DNA of 64,000 nucleotides from Candidatus Dojkabacteria bacterium (GCA_012842045.1 DUTP01000003.1:66532-130531), one strand, 5' to 3'; shown: positions 35,148 to 45,166, numbered from the stretch's first letter. Numbers and translations: made by a program. Notes: generated by a model from the sequence alone, not told the origin.

Positions 35148-37051
35148 TTCCTAGATTTCATAAATTTAAAAGATATATATACAACAAGAATGAGTATTAA
35201 GAAAGAAGCTAGAGAAAGTATTTTTGCTATAATCAATGTATAAAGAGGTACGTCCTCTGGTATTACTGCCTCGGCTTTTGTTTCCGCACTTTGTACGAAA
35301 TTATTTGAATAGAGGATTGTAGAATAAATATTTCGACTTGTTATCTTGTTGTAAGGTATATTAAGCTGCATTTGTTTGTTTTGTTTAGGTAGAATGATTT
35401 CAGAACCAATATTGGAAACAGGATCAATATAACTGTTAACTCTCCCCATATTCGATTTGTCAAAGGAGACGTTAGAAATAGCTATATTACCAGTATTGGA
35501 AAGATTTGCCAGTAGAGTGATGTATTTTTGTGTAGGATCATATTTATTAAAGGAGAAATCAGCATTTAAATCCATTTTACCATCAATCCTCTCTTCTATA
35601 TTTAAATTTACTTGGAAATCAGTGGGGGTATAAAAGGTAAGGGTTGGTGCTAAAGGTGAAAATCCTCTTTTTATAATTTCTACATGATCTTCTAAATTTG
35701 CACCAAACAAAGATTGTTTTGAATACTCTTCAATGAAAGGATCGACACTAATCCAGTGTTTTTTATCACTATCATAATACTCTACCCAGTAATGATAAAA
35801 CCCATCTGTGGTATATCCCGCAATATTAGACACATAACCTAACACCATTCTACTAGGTATACCAAAGTACCTTAGGAGAGATATATAGAAATCAGAATAA
35901 TCAACTGGAGTAAACTTTCTACCTTTCTTTGCAATTTGTACTGAGCCTAACCTAGCCTCATTCCCAATCCCTAGGGGAATATCCTCCTGATAATCCAATC
36001 GATAAATAATGTACTGGTAAAGATATTCATAGAATAATTCTCTCTGAGCTTTCTTGAAAAGGGAGACATCACCCACATTTTCGTTAATATCCAAACCTTT
36101 GTTACGCATGAATTCAAAAACCCTTTTAATCTCAGTACTATCTGTCATATCCCAGTAACCAATCTTCTTGGTTAAAAAAGGCTCTATTTCACCTTCATCC
36201 GTTTCATTGTTTTCTTGTTTCTTTTGTATAAAACCTATGATTTTACAATCAATGCTCTCTTTAGCAGGTACGACATATTTAAAAATGTAGTTACCATCCT
36301 TGTCCATCATCGCACTGGTTGGTAGAGGAGAGATTTCTTTCCAGATAATATTTTGTGTTTGTGTGTCGGGAGGAACTACAAGTTCGAATGTCTGGGGTCC
36401 TTGCTCTGTTTGGTTGGAGAATAACCGGTTTATTTTAAACTCATATTGGATATCTTTTGAAAAAAAGACAGATAGTTTTTCATGTGTTGGTTTTTTAAAA
36501 ACAAGTTGGTATTTATCGCCTATAATTTCTTTTGACGTGATAGTCTCAGACACCCAAGCATCGCTTCCCAAACTTTGAGGATACAAGATCTTAACTTCTG
36601 TTGTTTCACCATCCAGTAGAGACGAAGGGAAAATGAAAAATAATTCATTCTGGATGGGTAAAGAATAATAGAAGTGAAGGGTAATAGGATTCTCAGGTCC
36701 TACAACCTTATTCTTGAGATCCATCTGTATATCAGTGACAGAAGCCCTCTTATAGCTATTACAATGGATCTCAGATCCATCACCAAGAGTGCAAGCAGGG
36801 TTGATATCTTTAGCTAAGATAGAGGCCGTGTATATTGATAGAACTCTAATATCATCAGATTGTAATGTTACGGTTAATTCAGTATCTATTTTCTTTCCGT
36901 TTAGTATATGTACAAAAGAAGCTGATGTTTTAAAAGGATGATTTTGTGAATAAACCTTTTCATTAAATGAAAAGAGAGAGAGTAGGGTAACTGCTAAAAA
37001 AAGACTAATACGTAATAGAGTCTTCTTTAGATAACCAGTCAAATCTTTCAT
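35126..37051 (-). CDS. Large secreted/TM-anchored transglutaminase-like (papain-fold) protein with apparent loss of the catalytic cysteine
   Basis: DYSDFYISLLRYFGIPSRMVLGY aligns to the TGase-core G-x-C-R-D-F-A...LGIPAR-x-V-x-GY region with Tyr/Ser in place of Cys. The downstream His (GFYHYWVEYY) and Asp (WISVDP) are retained. N-terminal signal, C-terminal TM. Confidence 0.45.
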   Translation of the reverse strand: MKDLTGYLKKTLLRISLFLAVTLLSLFSFNEKVYSQNHPFKTSASFVHILNGKKIDTELTVTLQSDDIRVLSIYTASILAKDINPACTLGDGSEIHCNSYKRASVTDIQMDLKNKVVGPENPITLHFYYSLPIQNELFFIFPSSLLDGETTEVKILYPQSLGSDAWVSETITSKEIIGDKYQLVFKKPTHEKLSVFFSKDIQYEFKINRLFSNQTEQGPQTFELVVPPDTQTQNIIWKEISPLPTSAMMDKDGNYIFKYVVPAKESIDCKIIGFIQKKQENNETDEGEIEPFLTKKIGYWDMTDSTEIKRVFEFMRNKGLDINENVGDVSLFKKAQRELFYEYLYQYIIYRLDYQEDIPLGIGNEARLGSVQIAKKGRKFTPVDYSDFYISLLRYFGIPSRMVLGYVSNIAGYTTDGFYHYWVEYYDSDKKHWISVDPFIEEYSKQSLFGANLEDHVEIIKRGFSPLAPTLTFYTPTDFQVNLNIEERIDGKMDLNADFSFNKYDPTQKYITLLANLSNTGNIAISNVSFDKSNMGRVNSYIDPVSNIGSEIILPKQNKQMQLNIPYNKITSRNIYSTILYSNNFVQSAETKAEAVIPEDVPLYTLIIAKILSLASFLILILVVYISFKFMKSRKWNQQSS

Positions 37052-37742
37052 TCTTTCTTATAATTTGTTTTGTTATAGTTGTCTTAGGTGTAATTGAATA
37101 CTCCTTAAGTGTTTTCTCTGTATCTATCTTTGTAGGCTCATTCACAATTTTGTAGTTAGGATTTCTCACAATTTCCTGTTTTGCATTTTTCCTTATTACA
37201 TAATATGCCATTCCACTATTCTCATCAAGGACCCTTCTTATAATAGCCTCATAATGAGCAACTTCTAAGAAAATTAGAGGGGTGTTTTGTCTAGTATTTA
37301 TTATAACAAAGTCATATCCAGCTGGTACGATAATTTTCTGACTTTTCTTTGCCTGTATTTTAATTGTTTGATTATCCTTAGGACTAATATACTTCTGTAT
37401 TAAAACTGTTCCACTTCCATGAAGGATCTCAATGATTCTGGGATATTTCTTACATCTAGTAGCCCGTGTTTTAACAAACTCAATTCCAGCTAAATTCGCG
37501 AGCATGGTATATATATTTACCTTTATCTTTTTAGATTTGAAAAGATTATCTTTGGTATCAATCTCTTTGTATTTGGTATAGAAAATCTCTGGACAATCGA
37601 GCTCCTTATTCAATAATTGTTCTCTAATATCATCTATCCCTACAACCATCTTTTCTTTACAACCAGCATCCTTAAAGACAAGTTCATCATCTAAAAAAAC
37701 AATGGGCAATCCTGAAGCACTTCTCAAATCTATCTTTGACAT
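37005..37742 (-). CDS. Hypothetical cytoplasmic protein, possible cupin-like fold
   Basis: The VPAGYDFVIINTRQNTPLIFLEVAHY topology resembles cupin-type sugar isomerases but lacks the metal-binding histidines. Tentative. Confidence 0.3.
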   Translation of the reverse strand: MSKIDLRSASGLPIVFLDDELVFKDAGCKEKMVVGIDDIREQLLNKELDCPEIFYTKYKEIDTKDNLFKSKKIKVNIYTMLANLAGIEFVKTRATRCKKYPRIIEILHGSGTVLIQKYISPKDNQTIKIQAKKSQKIIVPAGYDFVIINTRQNTPLIFLEVAHYEAIIRRVLDENSGMAYYVIRKNAKQEIVRNPNYKIVNEPTKIDTEKTLKEYSITPKTTITKQIIRKNERFDWLSKEDSITY

Positions 37743-37764
37743 GTCATATTATACCACATTCTGT

Positions 37765-38058
37765 CTAGTCCACATCCTTGTAGGACTTAAGAAGCTGATT
37801 ACATACAACACTACACAATGCAAAGAAAAGTAAAGCAACAAGTAAAACTGAAGGTATTTGTATACTCCATATATTAATTGTACTATCAACAATTCCCCTG
37901 AAAGGTCTAACAAGGAGATCACTCTTACCTACAATCCATTTGGCATATATATTCTCTTCTACATTAGCATTTATAGCTGTTAGTACAATTCTAATAGTTA
38001 GTAAAGCTTGTGCAAAAATTGAGAAGAAATATCCAATTCTAACAAGCAGTTTTATCAT
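37765..38058 (-). CDS. Small multi-TM membrane protein, hypothetical
   Basis: 97 aa with three hydrophobic segments. Confidence 0.3.
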   Translation of the reverse strand: MIKLLVRIGYFFSIFAQALLTIRIVLTAINANVEENIYAKWIVGKSDLLVRPFRGIVDSTINIWSIQIPSVLLVALLFFALCSVVCNQLLKSYKDVD

Positions 38059-38060
38059 TT

Positions 38061-38786
38061 TTAAAGTCTTTCTAAATTATCTAGATAGTACTGTAATTGT
38101 AACATAAATCTGGTAACACCATTTGCCCATGCATGTTCTGGATTTGCACCACAAGGAGGACAGTAAATAGGTTCTATTTCAAAGGGTGTCATAGTGGTAC
38201 CGTATCCAACTGAAAATCTCCATGTGATATGACGAATTGCCTCATCCCAGCTTTCAAACATACTCCAACCAGCTTCATTTCCATTTACACCTCTCCAGCC
38301 CCATGCATTATTACTTCCCCTTGGCACAATATTCCCAAAAGCAGATTCAACGCCTGATATTGCTGCTAATAGTCTCCAATCAAGACCATGCTTATCTGCC
38401 TCTTCTACGAAAGTTCTAGCACTTCCTGCCATTGGTGAGTGGTAGTGAGTGAGGAATTTATTCATAGCCAACACCCTTGGATCTACTGTAAAGAACTTTG
38501 TTTTTGATATGATATTGCCAGTTGATTGTTGGGCATAGACTGAAAGGTCATATCCTTTAGAATCAGCATAGATATCATATACAGGTGAAAGGACATTTAA
38601 TTGAGGAGTACTTCTTGATCTCATAATTGAAGATATTTGTTTTATGAAAAATTTCTCAACAAAAGGAGATAAAAAGATGTAATATCCAAGGAAAAGTAAA
38701 ACTACACAGATGGCTCTAAAAATTCTAGAGTCCAATATACCTCTAATCTTCACACCCTTCTCTTGCTCTAACTTCTCATCTGTCAT
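38061..38786 (-). CDS. Membrane-anchored lytic transglycosylase-like (SLT/lysozyme-like) peptidoglycan hydrolase, putative
   Basis: N-terminal TM. LLAAISGVESAFGN resembles the SLT-domain catalytic E-S motif region. Confidence 0.4.
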   Translation of the reverse strand: MTDEKLEQEKGVKIRGILDSRIFRAICVVLLFLGYYIFLSPFVEKFFIKQISSIMRSRSTPQLNVLSPVYDIYADSKGYDLSVYAQQSTGNIISKTKFFTVDPRVLAMNKFLTHYHSPMAGSARTFVEEADKHGLDWRLLAAISGVESAFGNIVPRGSNNAWGWRGVNGNEAGWSMFESWDEAIRHITWRFSVGYGTTMTPFEIEPIYCPPCGANPEHAWANGVTRFMLQLQYYLDNLERL

Positions 38787-38820
38787 AATATTAGTATATC
38801 AAATTGGGGCAATACATGTT

Positions 38821-41800
38821 ATGTTCACTCATTTACACTTACATACAGAATATTCTTTGCTTGATGCCACTATTAGAATACAAGACTTAGTGGAGAAACT
38901 TCAAGCAAACAAGATGACAGCTTGTGCAATAACAGACCATGGCAGCATGTATGGTGTTGTTAAGTTTCAATCAGCAATGAAAAAAGCTGGACTTAAACCA
39001 ATCATAGGTTGTGAAATATACATTGCACCAAGAAGAATGGAAGATAAAGAGTATGGAATAGATAATAACTACTTTCATTTAGTATTACTTGCAAAAAACC
39101 TACAAGGTTACAAAAACCTTGTAAAACTTGTTTCAGTAGGACATATGGATGGTTTCTACTACAGACCAAGAGTAGATATAGATACCCTTAAGAAATATTC
39201 TGAAGGATTAATTGCAACTTCTGCTTGTTTGGCTGGACCGATAGCTCAACCACTGTTAAATGACGACTACAAAACAGCTAAAAAGAATGCAGAACTCTAT
39301 GCTGATATATATAAAGATAATTTCTTTGTTGAGATACAGAGGAATGGAATGGAAGAACAAAACAAAGTTAATGAAGGATTGATTAAAATAGCTAAAGAAC
39401 TAGAATTACCTTTAGTAGCAACATGTGATAGCCACTACTTAAACAAAGAAGATGCAGAGATTCAAGAAATCTTGTGGTGTATCTCTGATGGTTTAACAAT
39501 GGATGACCCTAAGAGGAGAAGAATGCCAACCAACGAATTCTATGTAAAAACGCCAGAGGAGATGAAAGAACTCTTTAGTGATATTCCAGATGCAATAGAG
39601 AACACACAGAAGATTACCGATATGGTTGAAGAATATGATATTACATTTGAGAGAGTGGAAACAAAATATTTAGATTTACCTGAAGGAGAGACATCTAAGA
39701 CATACTTAAGAAAGCTAGCATATGAAGGGGTAAAAGAAAAATACGAGGAAGTTACAGAGGATTTAACTAAAAGAGTGGATTATGAACTAGAACTAATAGA
39801 TACCAAAGGCTATGATGACTACTTTTTAGTTGTTAGAGACTTTGTACAATTTTGCAGAAAGAATGACATTGTTGTAGGTATTAGAGGGTCTGGATGTGGT
39901 TCTGTTGTTGCATATGCCATAGGTATTACCAATATCGACCCAATATCCTGGGAGCTCTACTTTGAAAGATTCCTAAATCCAGAAAGACCTAGTCCTCCAG
40001 ACTTTGATATTGATATTGCAGATAAAAGGAGAGATGAGGTAATACAGTATACAATTGATAAATATGGTATAGACTCAGTCAAGCAGATAGGAACATTTAG
40101 TAAACTACAGACAAGACAGGCAATTAGAGATGTTGCAAGAGTGATAGGTATTGACCTTAAAATAGCAGACGAGCTCTCTAAGATGGTTGAGATTGTTTTT
40201 GGCAAATCCAAAAGCATAGACTACATGATTGAGAAAAACCCTGAGTTTGCTCAACTAATTAACTCTTCAGAAGAGACAAAACACTTAGCTAATATCGTTA
40301 GAAAAGTATCAGGTCTTTGTAGAGGTGTCTCTACACATGCATGTGGCATTATCATTACACCAAAACCTGCTGTAGAGTACTGTCCAATCCAAAGAGATGC
40401 TCATGGAGAAGGTATAGGTATGACCCAATATGAGATGTTTGATATTGAGGGAATAGGACTAATGAAATATGACTTCTTAGGTTTAAGAAATCTTCATGTG
40501 ATAGGTGCTGCAATAAAAAAGATTGAACAGAACAGAGGCATCAAGATAGACCTCGATAAAATAGATTATAAAGATAAAAAAACTTTTGATTTGATAAAGT
40601 CAGGACATACGGTAGGCATATTCCAAATGGAAAGTGAAGGAATGAAAAGAACAATTAGAACTCTCAAACCAGAGAATCTTGAGGATATTTGTTACATTCT
40701 AGCTGCATACAGGCCTGGACCTATGCAGTTCATTACGGAATACCAAGCTGTTAAGGAAGGAAAACAAGAACCTGACTATATCTTTGATGAATTAGAACCA
40801 GTTCTCTCAGTTACAAGAGGTGTTATCACATACCAAGAACAAGTTATGAGAATTGCACAGATTATTGCAGGATACTCTCTTGGAGGTGCAGATGTCCTAA
40901 GAAGAGCGATGGGTAAAAAGATAGTCGAGGAAATGGAAAAAGAGAAGCCTGTATTTATAGAAGGAGCAGTAGCCAATGGTTTTGATAAAGAAAAATCTGA
41001 AAAGCTCTGGGATAAACTGTTACTTTTTGCAAACTACGGTTTTAACAAAGCACATAGTGCATCATATGCTACAACTGCTTACTGGACAGCCTATCTTAAA
41101 GCAAACTATCCATTAGAATATATGGCAGCACTACTCGAAGGAGATCTTGAGAAGTTTGATAGAATAATTATCGACCTAAAAGAATGTAAAAGATTAGGGA
41201 TTGAGGTCTTTCCACCACATATAAATAAGAGTGGTTACTACTTTACAACAGATGGAGATAATAGTATCTGGTTTGGTCTTGGAGGAATTAAAAATGTTGG
41301 AGGAGACTTAGTTAAATCGATAGTCAAGGAGAGAGAAAAGAATGGAGAATACCAAAATCTAGATGATTTTGTACAAAGGAACTACGATACCGTTGGAAGG
41401 AAAGCAATGGAGTATCTAATAATGGCTGGATGTATGGATAGTTTTGGAGATAGATTAGACCTCTTAAAAACATTTCCAATTATCTATTCAAAAGAAAAAG
41501 ATGGACAAAAAGCTAGAAGTGTTGGTCAATTCGATTTCTTCTCCTTAGGGCAAGATGAGGAAGAAAAACAGAAAGTAACAGCAACACCATTAGAGAAAGA
41601 TACAGAATCAGATAGAAATCTAATACTTCAATGGGAGAAAGAACTTTTGGGTATCTACTTCTCAAGTCACCCATTAGATACTCTACAAGAACTATTTATC
41701 AAAAAGAATGTTGTTAATATGGAAGATGTTCTTGAGAACAAGAAAGATAATGATTTGCTAGTTCTAGGTGTCATGATAACTAAAGTAAGAAGGATAACTA

Positions 41801-42219
41801 CGAAGAAAGGAGACATGATGGCATTTCTAACAATTGAAGATAAGACAGGAAGAACAGATGCTATTGTTTTCCCAAGAGCATATGAGGAATTAAAAGATAT
41901 TATGCAAGAGAATGTACCAGCATTAATTGTCGGTAAACTGAATGTTAGAAATGGAGAAAAGAGTGTAATTATAGATAAAATGAAGATTATAGATCCTTCA
42001 AAACATAATAATGTTTTTGAAGGTGTTACGTTCAAGATCACAAAAGAACATAGTAAAGAAGAGATATCACAACTAAAAGAGTTCATTACTAGTTCCAATG
42101 GAGATACTGCTGTTAGAATAGTTGTTAATACTGATGGTAAGAATAAGGTTGTAAGATTAAAGAAAACTATTGAAATTAATGAACAAACTAAGGATTGGAT
42201 GAATGTTTTTGCATTTTAG
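38821..42219 (+). CDS. dnaE: DNA polymerase III alpha subunit (DnaE1 type)
   Basis: PHP domain MFTHLHLHTEYSLLD at the true start (ATG 38821; the upstream in-frame extension has no homology), polymerase core (GSGCGSVVAY...PDFDIDI), and an OB-fold C-terminus. Confidence 0.9.
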   Translation: MFTHLHLHTEYSLLDATIRIQDLVEKLQANKMTACAITDHGSMYGVVKFQSAMKKAGLKPIIGCEIYIAPRRMEDKEYGIDNNYFHLVLLAKNLQGYKNLVKLVSVGHMDGFYYRPRVDIDTLKKYSEGLIATSACLAGPIAQPLLNDDYKTAKKNAELYADIYKDNFFVEIQRNGMEEQNKVNEGLIKIAKELELPLVATCDSHYLNKEDAEIQEILWCISDGLTMDDPKRRRMPTNEFYVKTPEEMKELFSDIPDAIENTQKITDMVEEYDITFERVETKYLDLPEGETSKTYLRKLAYEGVKEKYEEVTEDLTKRVDYELELIDTKGYDDYFLVVRDFVQFCRKNDIVVGIRGSGCGSVVAYAIGITNIDPISWELYFERFLNPERPSPPDFDIDIADKRRDEVIQYTIDKYGIDSVKQIGTFSKLQTRQAIRDVARVIGIDLKIADELSKMVEIVFGKSKSIDYMIEKNPEFAQLINSSEETKHLANIVRKVSGLCRGVSTHACGIIITPKPAVEYCPIQRDAHGEGIGMTQYEMFDIEGIGLMKYDFLGLRNLHVIGAAIKKIEQNRGIKIDLDKIDYKDKKTFDLIKSGHTVGIFQMESEGMKRTIRTLKPENLEDICYILAAYRPGPMQFITEYQAVKEGKQEPDYIFDELEPVLSVTRGVITYQEQVMRIAQIIAGYSLGGADVLRRAMGKKIVEEMEKEKPVFIEGAVANGFDKEKSEKLWDKLLLFANYGFNKAHSASYATTAYWTAYLKANYPLEYMAALLEGDLEKFDRIIIDLKECKRLGIEVFPPHINKSGYYFTTDGDNSIWFGLGGIKNVGGDLVKSIVKEREKNGEYQNLDDFVQRNYDTVGRKAMEYLIMAGCMDSFGDRLDLLKTFPIIYSKEKDGQKARSVGQFDFFSLGQDEEEKQKVTATPLEKDTESDRNLILQWEKELLGIYFSSHPLDTLQELFIKKNVVNMEDVLENKKDNDLLVLGVMITKVRRITTKKGDMMAFLTIEDKTGRTDAIVFPRAYEELKDIMQENVPALIVGKLNVRNGEKSVIIDKMKIIDPSKHNNVFEGVTFKITKEHSKEEISQLKEFITSSNGDTAVRIVVNTDGKNKVVRLKKTIEINEQTKDWMNVFAF

Positions 42220-42229
42220 AAAAAAATAA

Positions 42230-42300
42230 GAGTGTTATCCAAACCAATCAAGTAGAGAAGTGGCTGCCTTGAGAGGCAATAGGATAACACTCCATTTTTG
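42230..42300 (+). terminator. Long-stem hairpin (11-bp perfect stem GAGTGTTATCC/GGATAACACTC, 41-nt structured loop) followed by CATTTTTGTT; likely dnaE terminator
   Basis: The inverted repeat is read directly 11 bp after the dnaE stop. The loop contains a nested TCAAG/CTTGA stem. Confidence 0.4.
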
Positions 42301-42521
42301 TTCAAAGTACAAATATATCGTGTTTTTGGGGTTTTTTGGTGTTCAGTGGTTGTGCGCAATTAGTATCACATAGAAGTGGAAGATAATCACCACCAGAATT
42401 ACCTCCCACGAAAGTCAAAGAAAGGGAAAGAGGTGAAAACACTTTAAATTGTACAAAGAACTGGTTGGGATTATAAAGGAAAAAGATACTACTGTCAAGC
42501 AGTTATATAGTATAATTAATC

Positions 42522-43991
42522 ATGAATCTTAATGAATTAGAATTACTCCCTAGAAAAACAGGAATATATAAATTCTATAACAAAAAAGGAGAAATCCTCT
42601 ATATAGGCAAAGCCCTAAATCTCCAAGCTAGAGTTAAATCATACTTCAACAATACTTTGTATGATAGACCATATGTAAAAAAGATGATTCCTTTCATTAA
42701 TAGAGTAGAAGTAGAAGAAACAAACAATGAAGTTGAATCACTTGTTTTGGAAGCAGCACTCATAAAAGAATATCAACCGAAATATAACAGTGAACTTAAA
42801 GATGACAAATCATATGCTTGGATATATATATCTACAAAAGAAAAGTTTCCAACAGTAAAGGTAGTTAGAAATGTAAATGAAAAAGAACTTAAAAAAGGAA
42901 AACTCTTTGGTCCATATCCAAACACACACTCAGCAAGAAGAGTTTTTACATATTTAAGAAAGATATATCCATTCTGTACATGTTCACCAAGTAAAGCAAA
43001 GAGAGAAGGAGTATGCATGTACTATCACTTAGGACTATGTCCAGGACCTTATCAAAATCACATATCAGAAGCTGAATATAAAGAAAATATAAAGGAAATA
43101 ATTAAGTTTTTAGAAGGTAAAAAGAAAGGACATATCTCAAATCTAGAAAAAGAAATGAAAAAATATGCAAAAGCTAAAGAATATGAGAAGGCAGGAGAGT
43201 TAAGAGATAAAATAAATGATTTAAAATACCTAAGTCAAAAAATAGATTTTGAATATGAAGAAACTCCAGATAGCTATATCCAAAAAAGAAAAGAGTTACT
43301 ACAATCAAACTTCAAAGAATTGAAAATAGAGTTAGGTTTAAAATCTCTAAATAGAATTGAATGTTATGATGTTTCCAATATACAAGGCAAGGAGGCATAT
43401 ACGTCATTAGTTGTTGCAGAAGAGGGTGAAATAAAAAGGTCTGAATATAGGATTTTTAAAATAAAAACATTAAACAAATCAAATGATATGCATATGTTAA
43501 AGGAGGCTCTAGAAAGAAGATTTCATCCTAAGAACCTAATTAAGTATCCATCAATACCTGAGGTTGTATTAATTGATGGAGGCAAACCACAACTTAGTGT
43601 TGTTCAAAAGGTTATACCTAAAGAAATTTGTTTGTTAGGAATAACAGAAGGGAAGAAGAAAGGTAGCAGAATTTTAGATGAATTTTGGTATGTAGATAGG
43701 GAAAGTGGAAAGATTTCTAGAATAGATATAGAGAACAAGAGTTTACTAATAGACCTTCGGGATGAAGCCCACAGATTCGCAATTCTACATCATAGAAAAG
43801 CTAGGAGAAAGAAGAGTCAAAGTTCTCAACTAGATAATATTTTAGGAGTAGGGCAGAAGAGTAGGAAGAAGCTTTTAAAGGCTTTTGAGAGTATAGAGAA
43901 TATTAAAAAAGCTTCTTTTGAGGAGTTAAATGAGGTTTTGAATAACAAGAGAATATCAGAAAGTGTTTTCAAATATTTTAGAAAACAGTAA
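42522..43991 (+). CDS. uvrC: Excinuclease ABC subunit C (short form)
   Basis: N-terminal GIY-YIG (GIYKFYNKKGEILYIGKALNLQARV), UVR domain (AKEYEKAGELRDKINDLKYL), and C-terminal HhH (ILGVGQKSRKKLLKAF). A -10 TATAAT ends 6 bp before the ATG. Confidence 0.8.
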   Translation: MNLNELELLPRKTGIYKFYNKKGEILYIGKALNLQARVKSYFNNTLYDRPYVKKMIPFINRVEVEETNNEVESLVLEAALIKEYQPKYNSELKDDKSYAWIYISTKEKFPTVKVVRNVNEKELKKGKLFGPYPNTHSARRVFTYLRKIYPFCTCSPSKAKREGVCMYYHLGLCPGPYQNHISEAEYKENIKEIIKFLEGKKKGHISNLEKEMKKYAKAKEYEKAGELRDKINDLKYLSQKIDFEYEETPDSYIQKRKELLQSNFKELKIELGLKSLNRIECYDVSNIQGKEAYTSLVVAEEGEIKRSEYRIFKIKTLNKSNDMHMLKEALERRFHPKNLIKYPSIPEVVLIDGGKPQLSVVQKVIPKEICLLGITEGKKKGSRILDEFWYVDRESGKISRIDIENKSLLIDLRDEAHRFAILHHRKARRKKSQSSQLDNILGVGQKSRKKLLKAFESIENIKKASFEELNEVLNNKRISESVFKYFRKQ

Positions 43992-45104
43992 CTATTTTAA
44001 TTTTCTACTTTCCTGTGGCTTTATCGTAGTGAAAATAGTTTCAAAATACTCATCCCCTTCTCTGTTACTATCAAGAATGTAAACAACACCATTGTTGGGA
44101 TTCAACATAACTGCAACCTCATGTTTAGCATCTGAACAACTCATAATGCCTTTTAGTGCATTAGCATGTTCTGTATATGCTAATTTTGTTGTTGTAATTC
44201 CACAACTGTTTTCTGAATTCTGAGTATTAAGCAATTTAATATACTTATCTAAAAAGAAATCTAACCCCTCCCTGTTATACTTAGCTACTGGTGTAAAGGA
44301 TATTACATCATTAGTACCTATTCGCTTTATTTCAAAACGCCTCATATCTTCAAACTCTGCAACTGTATATGAAAGAACATATTCCTTTGGTACCTTAAGA
44401 ATCCAAGGAAAATCTGGAAGAAGGTCTTCTGCTTCATTATCTACTAACAGTAAATCTCTATCTATCTCTCTTTTAACCCTTTCACTTAAACCGGTTTTTG
44501 CCTCCTCTACAGAGATACTTTCATACCATACATCATTAAATTTTGTAAATATTCTTATAGCACTTCCTTCCTTTACCCAATATTCTCCACTTCTCATTCC
44601 TTCTGTACCAACAGGAACAGAGAGTACTGATTCCCAGCCTAGTTTAGGTAATTCTTCTTTGTAGAATTCATAAACCTCTGCTATATTGGTTTGAGCGGGC
44701 AATCGGTACGCTGAATTTCCACTACTAAGAAAGTTTGAAACACTCTCTTCATCTATCTCATTCTTAAAAACAAAGTCTGCTCCAGGATAAGCTGGAATAT
44801 CTTTCATTCCTATTACATCTCCACTACTTTGAACCTTTTTACCTTGACGCATTCTATTTACAAAAAAGACCAGTGAGAAGAGTAGCGCGCCTACAAGTAG
44901 AATAGAGAAGAATATAAGTATACCCGCTTTTAGTTTACTACTATCTATTCTCTTCTTTCTTTTAATACCTTTTGAGGATTTAGTAAAGAATAATCCTTTT
45001 CTTCTTCTTTGAATTTTGGGATTTTGAGGTTTTCTTTGAGGCATGTAAACACCTTTTGTTCTAAACTCTCTATTATCCTTGCTTTTCTTTCTTCTAATAC
45101 ACAT
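43992..45104 (-). CDS. Membrane-anchored hypothetical protein with basic N-terminal tail
   Basis: R/K-rich N-terminus, one TM (ILIFFSILLVGALLFSLVFF), and an extracytoplasmic body with no recognisable domain. Confidence 0.35.
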   Translation of the reverse strand: MCIRRKKSKDNREFRTKGVYMPQRKPQNPKIQRRRKGLFFTKSSKGIKRKKRIDSSKLKAGILIFFSILLVGALLFSLVFFVNRMRQGKKVQSSGDVIGMKDIPAYPGADFVFKNEIDEESVSNFLSSGNSAYRLPAQTNIAEVYEFYKEELPKLGWESVLSVPVGTEGMRSGEYWVKEGSAIRIFTKFNDVWYESISVEEAKTGLSERVKREIDRDLLLVDNEAEDLLPDFPWILKVPKEYVLSYTVAEFEDMRRFEIKRIGTNDVISFTPVAKYNREGLDFFLDKYIKLLNTQNSENSCGITTTKLAYTEHANALKGIMSCSDAKHEVAVMLNPNNGVVYILDSNREGDEYFETIFTTIKPQESRKLK

Positions 45105-45166
45105 ATTGGTTGAAATAGTATAACATTTCTTTTAAACAGGTATATATTGTATAATCTACTCGAAAT

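Noticed and set aside
38710-38820. N-terminal 37-aa extension of the dnaE ORF (MALKILES...)
   Set aside because: It overlaps the upstream minus-strand gene and has no PHP-domain homology. The conserved MFTHLHLHTEYS start at 38821 is the real start.
39957-42098. Antisense ORFs within dnaE (39957..40217, 40776..40976, 41667..42098)
   Set aside because: Shadow ORFs opposite a conserved 1132-aa gene.
42241-42281. Possible SRP (4.5S) RNA in the loop of the post-dnaE hairpin, because of an AAGGCAGCCA-like stretch on the minus strand
   Set aside because: The conserved GGAAG...AGCAGCC domain-IV motif and GNRA tetraloop context are absent. More parsimonious as a terminator loop.
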